DNA of 64,000 bases from positions 32,001-96,000 of the IMG/VR virus record IMGVR_UViG_3300037755_000305. The stretch is one strand, 5' to 3'. The notes below the pieces were generated by a model. The model had not been told where the DNA came from. It ran no database searches and worked only from the letters and a program-made list of their open reading frames with translations. The stretch is from a virus. Each line of letters begins with the position of its first letter. Within the stretch, counting starts at the first letter, position 1. Below are positions 56,079-64,000 of this stretch, piece by piece. Position numbers and translations under genes: made by a program.

Positions 56079-56527
56079 TTCTTAGTGTTTGTAAGGCCCG
56101 CAGAGGCAACAAGTCCGAAAAATTCTTCTTTCGGCAAGTCTCCCATGTTTACGACCTCAGCTCCTTCAGGCATAGCCATTTCTGTGTGCAGTCCGTCGCC
56201 CTTGTTGGGGCTACCATGTTCCCCAGGGGATGTTGTCCGCCCCTTCGATTTTCCAAGGAGAGCATCGGGCAATTCCGGGTTTATACTAAGAGATAACGGC
56301 ACGAAGATTCGATTTTGGGGCGTGCCGGACCCCGAAACCTCTGATTGTAGCGCGAGCAGTGCTTCTCTGTCCCATAGGGTGCCTAAATGGTTGCCCAAAC
56401 GATTCCACGTATCCTCTTCCACTTTGGATAACCAATGGTAGGCGAAGAGCAGGTGCATCTCCGGGAGACTATTAATGTACTCCAGAGTCCAACCAGTTTT
56501 GGCTAAAACGAAGCCACGGACCGCCAA
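56075..56527 (-). CDS. tail assembly chaperone, T part (probably made as a -1 frameshift fusion with 56551-57453)
   Basis: TGWTLEYINSLP chaperone-like segment; weak TTG start; in the -1 frame of the upstream ORF. Confidence 0.8.
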   Translation of the reverse strand: MAVRGFVLAKTGWTLEYINSLPEMHLLFAYHWLSKVEEDTWNRLGNHLGTLWDREALLALQSEVSGSGTPQNRIFVPLSLSINPELPDALLGKSKGRTTSPGEHGSPNKGDGLHTEMAMPEGAEVVNMGDLPKEEFFGLVASAGLTNTKK

Positions 56528-56563
56528 TTGAGGATCATCTTCCGTGGCTTCTAGGGCAAAGGG
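56510..56563 (-). other. -1 programmed ribosomal frameshift signal
   Basis: Slippery C CCU UUG (56563-56557), 5-nt spacer, then an 11-bp stem GAAGCCACGGA/UCCGUGGCUUC with a 20-nt loop. Confidence 0.85.
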
Positions 56564-57453
56564 ACATCACCCTCGTTTTCCCCATCGAGGATGGAAGTCA
56601 TGAGATTATCTAGGGCTCCCTTAGGATCAACCTTTTTGTTGTAGCTCTCCCACAGTTCCGCCAGCAAGGTCGAAGACGCTTGGCCACTCAAGAAATCCAT
56701 CATCATGGTGGCACCAATCACGCGAATTTCAGGAGGCGGGCTCATAGGAGCGAAAACTGGGCGCTCTTCGCCCTCAACCACAATAAGGTGGGCTTTAGGG
56801 ATAGGAACCTCGAACACTTTCCATACCGGTTCCCGATCAATCGCTACAACAGCGAAGGAAGTCAGAGCAATCTGAAGGTTGATTGCGTTTTCTCGCTGTG
56901 AGCCGGGCATAGAAAGAGTGTCTGCAAATCGCAGCGCTTGGGTAACTGCCCCAACGTCCAGAACCTTCATGGTGAAGACGTGATCGTTTACCTTAACCTC
57001 TTCCAGTGGAATGCGATCAATTCCGAAATCTTCTCGAAGTTTGGACAGGATAGAGTTTGTATTTTTGGCGGAAGTCGGAGCCGGAGCCGTCTGGTCGGGA
57101 GCCGTCTGCGCTGCTATCCCCTCGGGGAGTCTCGGTTCTACCGGGGTATACTTGGGCTGAGCCAATGATGGGTCCACAGTGATCCCTGTACCCTCTTGTG
57201 GCTCCGCAGGAGGCGTTCTGGGAGGAACTTCGGTTCGGGGTAGGGGTTGGGGGGCAATCGCCTGAGGGACTCCCTGGCGAACGCTTGTGAGCCTATCGCC
57301 CAGTGCAGCGTGTGCGGGATCAGACATTACTGCCGTTTCAGCTTCTCGCGTCTGGGCGTCTCTGTGCTCAGCCAATTTTCTATGGTATTCCGGGTTATCC
57401 GCCGGAGGCATCATTTGATCTAAGGGATTGTTTGGGTCTCGTTCGTCCGCCAT
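56551..57453 (-). CDS. tail assembly chaperone (G-type)
   Basis: Between tube and TMP; has a Pro-rich N-terminus. Confidence 0.75.
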   Translation of the reverse strand: MADERDPNNPLDQMMPPADNPEYHRKLAEHRDAQTREAETAVMSDPAHAALGDRLTSVRQGVPQAIAPQPLPRTEVPPRTPPAEPQEGTGITVDPSLAQPKYTPVEPRLPEGIAAQTAPDQTAPAPTSAKNTNSILSKLREDFGIDRIPLEEVKVNDHVFTMKVLDVGAVTQALRFADTLSMPGSQRENAINLQIALTSFAVVAIDREPVWKVFEVPIPKAHLIVVEGEERPVFAPMSPPPEIRVIGATMMMDFLSGQASSTLLAELWESYNKKVDPKGALDNLMTSILDGENEGDVPLP

Positions 57454-57464
57454 AAGTGATCTCC

Positions 57465-57497
57465 GTCTCTGCTACCAACCCGCAAAGTAGGGATTAT
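57465..57497 (-). promoter_or_regulatory. 33-nt hairpin element, copy C
   Basis: Minus strand ATAATCCCTACTTTGCGGGTTGGTAGCAGAGAC; 30/33 identical to copy B. Confidence 0.8.
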
Positions 57498-57535
57498 TAC
57501 GTCTCTGTTGCCAGAGGTTTAGCCTGGATATGCCT

Positions 57536-57766
57536 TTAGTGAATTGTACAGTTTTGCCATTCGGACTGCCCATTTAGGTCCGTCCGTAGCGCCCGTAACA
57601 TGAGGTCTATATCGGTATCTTCGACCAACCCAGACGACAAGATATCTCCACCACGAACCAGCGCCCAAGCGCAAACAGGAATGGATATTCTGTAGACTAG
57701 ACAGTGGTAGCTAAAGGCTCTACCGTTTTCGAATACCGGAAGCGCGTATAGATTTTTGTCCAACAT
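57536..57766 (-). CDS. hypothetical protein
   Basis: 76-aa ORF filling the gap in the tail operon. Confidence 0.45.
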   Translation of the reverse strand: MLDKNLYALPVFENGRAFSYHCLVYRISIPVCAWALVRGGDILSSGLVEDTDIDLMLRALRTDLNGQSEWQNCTIH

Positions 57767-57776
57767 TCTTGGACTA

Positions 57777-57783
57777 CTTTAGT
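57777..57783 (-). promoter_or_regulatory. ACTAAAG motif within the GGACTA-AAG-TAGTCC hairpin
   Basis: Intergenic, 3 nt after the upstream stop. Confidence 0.45.
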
Positions 57784-57786
57784 CCA

Positions 57787-58377
57787 CTATAGACGGGGAG
57801 TTAGGGAAAGGCTGTCCCAATCGAATTTATTTCCCGGGTCCATGGGATTGGTGGGACCTACATCATCGCCGCTGCCCTCGACACCGCGACCGGCGCGTTC
57901 TTTTTCTTTAGCCTTTTGTTGAGCGGCGGGAGGTGCAGACGGCGCAGACAATCCAGGCCGATAGCCGTTCGTGTCTTTACCAATCATCTGGGATTGACGT
58001 GCAGCCTGTTCTTCAAGCTGTTGCTGCTGTTGTTGAGCAGCCAACGGATCTGGAGGAGTTCCGTCAGTAGGGACACCGGCCGTATCAAGAAGAGCATCCC
58101 AGTTTGTAGCGAAAATTTCTGCGCTGGTGTCGTGTGCTTTAGTGCCGTCCGAATGGTCCACGGCGTCATCATGATCTGTAGGATCATCCATAAGTGTGCT
58201 GGGGAATTCTACATCAGGAGTAAGAACGTCGGGGACCTCTTTATCGGGAGTAGGGGTAGCACTCTCGCCGGTCGTCCAGTTCAACGTAGCAGCAAGGGAT
58301 CTAGAGCCACGAAGGTATTCTTCATGACTCCTGATCCTATCCTGCGTAGTCCAGTTGATCTGATCGACTTTTGCCAT
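57787..58377 (-). CDS. hypothetical, largely disordered protein
   Basis: Coupled to the tube gene (TAATG); acidic/Pro-rich with a Gln run. Confidence 0.65.
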   Translation of the reverse strand: MAKVDQINWTTQDRIRSHEEYLRGSRSLAATLNWTTGESATPTPDKEVPDVLTPDVEFPSTLMDDPTDHDDAVDHSDGTKAHDTSAEIFATNWDALLDTAGVPTDGTPPDPLAAQQQQQQLEEQAARQSQMIGKDTNGYRPGLSAPSAPPAAQQKAKEKERAGRGVEGSGDDVGPTNPMDPGNKFDWDSLSLTPRL

Positions 58378-58898
58378 TAGCCAGCTACTCGTACTCGGGA
58401 GACGTAAGCAAGCTCACACTCGACCGTTACGATCGCGTCGCCGCCGGATTCCCAGTTATTGTTGTTCTTGGTCTGGAACCAGCAACCGCTGTATTGCCAC
58501 AGCTTGTTAAGTTCTGAACCTCGGAACAAATATTCCTGAGTAACCCACGGTCTAGTCTGGTCCATAAGGTCATCGAAGACCGACCCGAAGCCCAGCGTAA
58601 GCTCAAGCTCCTGATTCCAGACTTCCACGCGAGTGAAACTAACGGTGTAGCCAGTAGCCTGTCCCGGAACATAGTCGATCGGGCGACCCCAGGTTACGTG
58701 AGAAAGCTCACGAACATGGGCACCTTCACGGGTATAGGCATTAGGCTGCCATGACTGAATACGACCGATGATGTTACCGTCTACTACGATAGACATACCG
58801 TGGTACGTCTTGGTCGTAGGGGCACCAGCAGCACCCTGTTCGAGCGGCTGCACGGTAACGTCAAAGGCATTTGTCGCAAAAGGCGATGGGTTCGGCAC
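58377..58898 (-). CDS. tail tube protein
   Basis: IVVDGNIIGRIQSW...VRELS...PIDYVPG...VSFTRVEVW; downstream of the sheath. Confidence 0.85.
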   Translation of the reverse strand: MPNPSPFATNAFDVTVQPLEQGAAGAPTTKTYHGMSIVVDGNIIGRIQSWQPNAYTREGAHVRELSHVTWGRPIDYVPGQATGYTVSFTRVEVWNQELELTLGFGSVFDDLMDQTRPWVTQEYLFRGSELNKLWQYSGCWFQTKNNNNWESGGDAIVTVECELAYVSRVRVAG

Positions 58899-58925
58899 TG
58901 GTTACTCTCCCTAAACGAAGTTGGA

Positions 58926-59309
58926 TTACGCTCCGAATTCGGACCTAAGGGCCCGAGCAAGAACGAACTCTCCATGACTTTCCAGAGCTGCTGCTGCTTC
59001 ATTGACGCCTGCGAGCATGTCACTCTTAGGCTCAGGCATGCGCTCTGAGGAAGGGTCTAGGAAAGGGTCTCGCTTCGTCTGATAATCGGCTTCCGGAACG
59101 TTATCGCCGAATTTTCCTACCTCGAAGTCTTGTTCTCCGTTTATTCCAAATCCGAAGAAGTCTTGAAGCAGTTTCTTACCCTCGGGCGACAAATCTACTT
59201 GCGTCGCAAGAACGTCGTAGATCTGGGCTGCAAGGGCGTGTTTTCCAACCTTTTCAGAATCAAGGTGGGCAGCAATACGACAGAGTGTGACAAGTTTTGA
59301 ACCTTGCAT
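58926..59309 (-). CDS. small protein with two copies of the AxxLxxxGxxxLA helix motif
   Basis: LCRIAAHLDSEKVGKHALAAQIY and VNEAAAALESHGEFVLARAL. Confidence 0.65.
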   Translation of the reverse strand: MQGSKLVTLCRIAAHLDSEKVGKHALAAQIYDVLATQVDLSPEGKKLLQDFFGFGINGEQDFEVGKFGDNVPEADYQTKRDPFLDPSSERMPEPKSDMLAGVNEAAAALESHGEFVLARALRSEFGA

Positions 59310-59332
59310 TGTTTAGCTCCTTGCTAAGTGGG

Positions 59333-62300
59333 CTAGTTGCCCGAACCAAAATCATTGGTGTTTACGGTAAACAGACCAAACACACGCTTGATCGGGAATC
59401 TAAGGAAATAAGCATAGAACATGTGATATAGGGTAGGATCTGCCGAATCTCGGAAGACCACCACGTCCGAATCAGGGTCGAACTTCCTTACGTTCTGAGA
59501 AGCGTCCTCATACTGACCGATGATACCGCGACCAAGAAGGCCGAGCAAAATAGCAGAGAGGCTAGCCTTGATGATGCCAACACCGGCCTGAGCGCTTGGT
59601 ACAATCAGAGCGACAACCGAGTTAGCCATCTCTCTACGTACAACCTTGGTAACGAACTGCTTCTGAGTCATGGCTGAAATGAGGTAGAAATCAATGGCGA
59701 ATGTATCAACTGTTGTATCCTCTTCGATACGAACAACTCCGTTACCCAGATCCGTTACGTAGATACTACCAGCATCACCAAGTAAAGCGCTTTCCTTAGG
59801 AGTGTACGTTTGCACACTTGTGAAGCCAGACAAGTTTTTCTTGAGAATGGTGTTTGCCGGGTCGGAGAAACTGGCTGTAAGAGAGGCCAAAGCCGCCGCG
59901 ACAAACGAACCATCCACTGTAACCGATACGGTATCTCCAGACTGTAGAACGATGTTAACCGTAGCCTGCGTAGGCCCTGCTAGAATTCTGGTACCGTGAG
60001 ACGGAGAGCTACCATAAACCCTCAATGTTTTATCCGAAATGTATCGAAGTGTGTCCGGAGTCTGGCGATCTCCAATCGGAGTACCGATCGGCGCACCAAA
60101 CCAATCCAAAGACTCGCGACGTGCGAATGGATCGTTGGCTCTCTCGTTAACTGCAAGTTGGTCGCCCCACGCATCCTGTCGAGACAGAACCACGCGATCC
60201 GTGATGTTGTTTACATTTTCGGTTGAAAGTAGCGCTGTCTTGAAGTCTGTCTGTTGGTACACACCATCTTCATCGGCGTCTGCTACCTGAATGTAGTAGG
60301 CACCAAACACATTGTTATCAAACGCAAGTTCGTTAACAATGTGTAGATGATTGTTGATCGCCGCAGGACCCAAAAGAGTGCGTCCGTCATCACGGTCCAG
60401 AACTAGAATCGGGTTGTTGTACAGTTCAGCACCTCGCAAGAAATTTCCTGTGAAGTAGTAAAGCTGCCCCGGATCGGGCTCTGCCCCCTTAGTTTCGTAG
60501 GTTACAGTTATTGTCTCGGTAGGAGCTACAGGTAGAGACACAAATGGAGATCCAGGGATCTCAACCGAAGATACAGACACTAGACCTGAAGTGGTAACAA
60601 CCGAAACAGTTCCATCCTCTGGAATCTCAACAAGAATGATGTAGGTAGTTCCTGGAATACCGGTAACTGTTCCATTTACATCTGTGATGAAATCGTCCGT
60701 CTCGAATTCTTGTTCTCTCTTCTGTACCAAGCTCCAGTCAATTCGATTCTGGTCATTGGCTGTGAATTCGAATTCGTCTCCAGGCTGTTCTCTATTACCA
60801 GAAAAGCCGTCTCCCCGACACTGGTTACGGAAAGCCAGCTTCACGTTATTCGGGAAGAGAAAGTGCCCGGTGCGCGCGTCAGGGTTCAGTGGATCGAACC
60901 AGTTTTGCTGGCTAGCTTCGTAAACTCCGAAACCGCCTTCTGGCGTATCAGTATTAAACTCACCGACCACAGTACCAACAACATGAGGAACAGCAAGAAC
61001 AGACCCGGTTAGAGGGTCCGTCTGGGCAACTGGTAGACTTACGATGTTGGATGTAGATCCGTGAGTCAGAGTGTAAGTTCGATTATCTTTGCCGCTGTAT
61101 CGTAGGGCGGGAGCCTTGGCAATGAAAGCAAAGTCATCCCCAACTGCGAAGTTAGAAGAGCCAAAGTCGATATCCACATCGACTCCGAAAGCCAAACTCT
61201 CCGTAAGAGTGTTCGGAACAGCTTCGTCAGCGGTAAAAGTTCCATTCGGACCAAGTTCGATGAACGTTGACCATGCGAAAGTTACCGTCCGTGTGGGAGA
61301 CACACCTGCAACACCAACAACCCGCAAAGAGTATCCGGTGTTGAAGTCACGATTGAAATCCGTCGTACTGGCCACAGAGATAGAACCAGAACCGGTATTG
61401 TCGTCACCAACCACAATACCTGTAGTTTCCGCAAACTGGTTCTCGTTCTCGTAACGAGCATCTTCTTCTACCAAGCCTGGGCCAAAGCCGTGGAATGAAA
61501 AGTCGTCCGCAACTGCGAAGTTTCCAGCTCCACCAGGGAATGCAAAATCAAGTTCGATTCCAAGCTCAATTTCAATACCAAACTGATTCGTGCCTTCCAC
61601 AATGTTAATTGTTGGGGCAGACTCAACAGCGTGCAGAGGTCGCGGCGGAAGAGCGTCATTACCACCACCAGTAGGGGTACTGGTGTATGTGAAAGAAGCC
61701 AATCGGTTAGGCGAAGAACCAGAGGCGCTAATGCACGAAAGCTGATAGTATCGGTTGTAGTTATGGTCAAATTGTGAAGACGATGCCTGCGTGATTACAC
61801 CAGCTCCGGTGTTGCCTCCGTCCGCCGTGATAGCTGTAACAACAGAATCAGTGTTCACGTTTCCGTCAACAAGAACCGGAGAAGTTACATCTGTTACAAT
61901 GAAGAAGTCGAGATTCTCTCGGAACTGCGGAGCATCTTCCGCCAGACCTACGTTAACAACTTCTCGAAGCTCCTCGACAGGAATTATGTCCTGCGGGGTG
62001 CGCTCTACTGACTGGTAATCCAAAATGTATGTTGCTGTTGGATCGAAAGCTTCCAGAGAAATAGTTACCTGATTGAATACTCCACTGCCGGGGGAGCTTT
62101 CGGTAAAGCTCCAAAAGTCTGCTCGTACAATCGTACCGTCTTGCTTGTACAGCTTGATGCCGGGAGCATTTTGATCCTGGTCAGCAGCATATTGTAGTGT
62201 AGCTACGTGAGGCGAAAGAGACGTAAACGCGAGCGACTCTTCGAAAATGAAGGATCGACGCATCGCGATGTTCTTGCCAACAGCCAACCGATTACCTACA

Positions 62301-62428
62301 CCAACGAAGGCAGGCAGCCGTGCGTCCGCCGTGAGGTTCGTGGGCCTAGGGATAATGAGCTGCCCAATGTAAACACCGGGCGGCACGTATCGCGTATTAA
62401 CCAGTCGAAAACTAGGATTTGATGCCAT
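59333..62428 (-). CDS. contractile tail sheath protein with inserted domains
   Basis: N-terminal PPGVYI; C-terminal RREMAN..LSAILLGLLGRGII..FPIKRV; 1031 aa. Confidence 0.9.
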   Translation of the reverse strand: MASNPSFRLVNTRYVPPGVYIGQLIIPRPTNLTADARLPAFVGVGNRLAVGKNIAMRRSFIFEESLAFTSLSPHVATLQYAADQDQNAPGIKLYKQDGTIVRADFWSFTESSPGSGVFNQVTISLEAFDPTATYILDYQSVERTPQDIIPVEELREVVNVGLAEDAPQFRENLDFFIVTDVTSPVLVDGNVNTDSVVTAITADGGNTGAGVITQASSSQFDHNYNRYYQLSCISASGSSPNRLASFTYTSTPTGGGNDALPPRPLHAVESAPTINIVEGTNQFGIEIELGIELDFAFPGGAGNFAVADDFSFHGFGPGLVEEDARYENENQFAETTGIVVGDDNTGSGSISVASTTDFNRDFNTGYSLRVVGVAGVSPTRTVTFAWSTFIELGPNGTFTADEAVPNTLTESLAFGVDVDIDFGSSNFAVGDDFAFIAKAPALRYSGKDNRTYTLTHGSTSNIVSLPVAQTDPLTGSVLAVPHVVGTVVGEFNTDTPEGGFGVYEASQQNWFDPLNPDARTGHFLFPNNVKLAFRNQCRGDGFSGNREQPGDEFEFTANDQNRIDWSLVQKREQEFETDDFITDVNGTVTGIPGTTYIILVEIPEDGTVSVVTTSGLVSVSSVEIPGSPFVSLPVAPTETITVTYETKGAEPDPGQLYYFTGNFLRGAELYNNPILVLDRDDGRTLLGPAAINNHLHIVNELAFDNNVFGAYYIQVADADEDGVYQQTDFKTALLSTENVNNITDRVVLSRQDAWGDQLAVNERANDPFARRESLDWFGAPIGTPIGDRQTPDTLRYISDKTLRVYGSSPSHGTRILAGPTQATVNIVLQSGDTVSVTVDGSFVAAALASLTASFSDPANTILKKNLSGFTSVQTYTPKESALLGDAGSIYVTDLGNGVVRIEEDTTVDTFAIDFYLISAMTQKQFVTKVVRREMANSVVALIVPSAQAGVGIIKASLSAILLGLLGRGIIGQYEDASQNVRKFDPDSDVVVFRDSADPTLYHMFYAYFLRFPIKRVFGLFTVNTNDFGSGN

Positions 62429-62564
62429 GAAGGGTTCCCCTCAGTTCAGAACTTGTTCTATCTCTAAGTCAGCGCCCGAGGCGTTAGCCATGGCGGAATA
62501 AACCTTCTCTAACTACTTAGATAATACCTAAAGTTAGAAATCTCCGACAGACCACAGGTTTTCA

Positions 62565-63620
62565 TTATAGGACCACATTCACGGTCTTGGTTGCAGCGAC
62601 TACCGGTGCCAGAGCGGCTCCCTCACTTTGGCGATGTCTGCGATCCAAAACCTGAATTTCGAAGCACCCCAGTTTCTTGGGGGTCAAAAGCAGGCTTTCA
62701 GGGTCAAAAGTGGCTATTTTTCCATCAGATAGGACAATACGTTGCCTATCTTGTAACTGTGTTACACGAATGTAATAGTTCTCGTGAAGTTTTATTTCAT
62801 CTGGGAAATCAATAATCGGAGACAAATTCGTGCTCAGATCATATTCTCCGGTGGTGAAGTTACGGGCGTTAAAAGCCACGTCAGCCATCTCCTGTTCCAA
62901 TATAATCCTATCTTCGTATTGAACTAGGAGATCTATTGTCATAGCCCAGACAGAATCTTTGGGATCGTCAGCGATAGCGCTATTCGTAGTGGGGGACGGT
63001 ACAAAATCCAGTGGCAGGCGAACTTCCCACGTATCTCCCTTGTCGTCTCGTCCTGTAATACGTTGACCACCGCTCAAATTTCGCAGAGGCCCGAATACGA
63101 GGCACAGGAATGCTCCCAAAGCATCAGCGGACTCTTGGTCCGCAGCGGCGCAAATGATGGTGATAGGAATGTTGAATGTGATCGGGAACTGTCCCTGCCA
63201 CTTTAGAGGATTGCCTAACTCTCCTTCCTCTCCCCAAGAAGTAGCGTTATCAATTGTGTTAAGCCCCGGATCGACATATTCCATACCGGAATCCACGATC
63301 AATACGGCTGGCAAGCGCTCACGTATATCCTGATAGTATCTGACAAGTTGTGTGGGGCGCAAAGTAGGATCTGTGGTCAAAGTGTCAGTATCGGTGATGA
63401 ATAGTTTCGATAGAGATCCTACGGATTCTGTGATGGATCTCTTAACACCCGTAGTGTTCATGAACTGCTCTATGTAGTGTTGTATAGCCTGCTTAGTAAT
63501 CGACTTGATACGGTCGTGACTGGCACGAGAAACGGCTTCCTGCACCGACTGTGGAGCAGCCCGAAATATGTAACCTTTGGGGGGTGCTTCTTCTGGCATT
63601 ACGCTCTCCTGCACTTCCAC
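62565..63620 (-). CDS. probable tail completion / sheath terminator protein
   Basis: RLPAVLIVDSG..FNIPITIIC.A.DQE...A; immediately upstream of the sheath. Confidence 0.6.
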   Translation of the reverse strand: MEVQESVMPEEAPPKGYIFRAAPQSVQEAVSRASHDRIKSITKQAIQHYIEQFMNTTGVKRSITESVGSLSKLFITDTDTLTTDPTLRPTQLVRYYQDIRERLPAVLIVDSGMEYVDPGLNTIDNATSWGEEGELGNPLKWQGQFPITFNIPITIICAAADQESADALGAFLCLVFGPLRNLSGGQRITGRDDKGDTWEVRLPLDFVPSPTTNSAIADDPKDSVWAMTIDLLVQYEDRIILEQEMADVAFNARNFTTGEYDLSTNLSPIIDFPDEIKLHENYYIRVTQLQDRQRIVLSDGKIATFDPESLLLTPKKLGCFEIQVLDRRHRQSEGAALAPVVAATKTVNVVL

Positions 63621-63638
63621 CCTTTGTAAGTCTCAGAG

Positions 63639-63986
63639 TTAGTCTGATTCGACACTGAAATCCTTTCCGGGCAAAATTAGTAAATCCCGGGGGTCGGGCA
63701 CGTTGAGCCCACCATTTCTAGCCATTTCTTCGACCTGTGGAAGCATCTCTTCCATCCTGGCCATAATCTCTTCAGAAGTCAAAGCCCCCTCGGGGAGTAT
63801 GGGACTCAAGTCTTCGGCAAACGTGAATTCCGGGTGTACTACCGGAGGGTGAAATTTCCAAACTCCAGATAGTCTGTGGGCCTCACCCAGGATAACTGCC
63901 AGATTGTCATTGACGAAGTACGGAACATTCTTGGGACGCTTCTCTGGATCTGGATCCATAGATTCTTTTTCGCATTCCAGACACAT
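63639..63986 (-). CDS. hypothetical protein (may start beyond the window)
   Basis: 115-aa ORF at the window edge. Confidence 0.5.
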   Translation of the reverse strand: MCLECEKESMDPDPEKRPKNVPYFVNDNLAVILGEAHRLSGVWKFHPPVVHPEFTFAEDLSPILPEGALTSEEIMARMEEMLPQVEEMARNGGLNVPDPRDLLILPGKDFSVESD

Positions 63987-64000
63987 GATTCGAGGACAAA

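Noticed and set aside
58010-58040. CAG/CAA run encoding a Gln tract
   Set aside because: It is a short, imperfect low-complexity stretch in a disordered protein, with no sign of a functional repeat.
62508-62521. TAAGTAG(TAG)TTAG similarity between the sheath leader (minus strand) and 18750-18763 as a late promoter
   Set aside because: Only two imperfect instances, one of which includes a stop codon; insufficient without a genome-wide scan.
5405-63620. Chromosomal contractile injection system (eCIS/T6SS) instead of a phage
   Set aside because: The tail genes are interleaved with PolA, ThyX, helicases, clamp and homing endonucleases, and there are no host housekeeping operons.
1-64000. Stop-codon reassignment, as in some jumbo phages
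   Set aside because: Long genes are intact in the standard code, and TAA, TAG and TGA all end coupled genes.
1-64000. tRNA genes, rRNA or CRISPR array
   Set aside because: No T-loop/cloverleaf or regularly spaced repeats were found in the few intergenic gaps. This was a by-eye check only.

Overview
This window is a gene-dense 64 kb segment of a large myovirus-like (probably jumbo) tailed phage, read with the standard genetic code; I saw no tRNA, rRNA or CRISPR array. Plus strand, 1-5 kb: UvrD helicase (5' end cut off), DEDDh exonuclease, beta-clamp-like protein. Plus strand, 5.4-34.5 kb: baseplate hub, spike, wedges and tail fibres. Plus strand, 34.5-51 kb: UDG-PolA fusion, NDT-like hydrolase, ThyX with an HNH intein, a secreted/OmpA pair, two GT9-methyltransferase paralogs, a 2OG-Fe(II) oxygenase, vWA, PIF1 and a metallophosphoesterase. 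Minus strand, 51-64 kb: ClpP, HNH, tape measure, tail chaperones, tube and sheath. The signals best supported directly by the sequence are: (1) a 33-nt hairpin element in three copies, 13-14 nt before start codons, whose stem changes preserve pairing only as G-U; (2) an intergenic ACTAAAG motif; (3) a 113-nt multi-stem candidate ncRNA; (4) a -1 frameshift signal joining the two tail-chaperone ORFs; (5) an HNH-type intein in ThyX; (6) several enzyme domains with altered catalytic residues. All family assignments come from motif recognition by eye; no database search was run.
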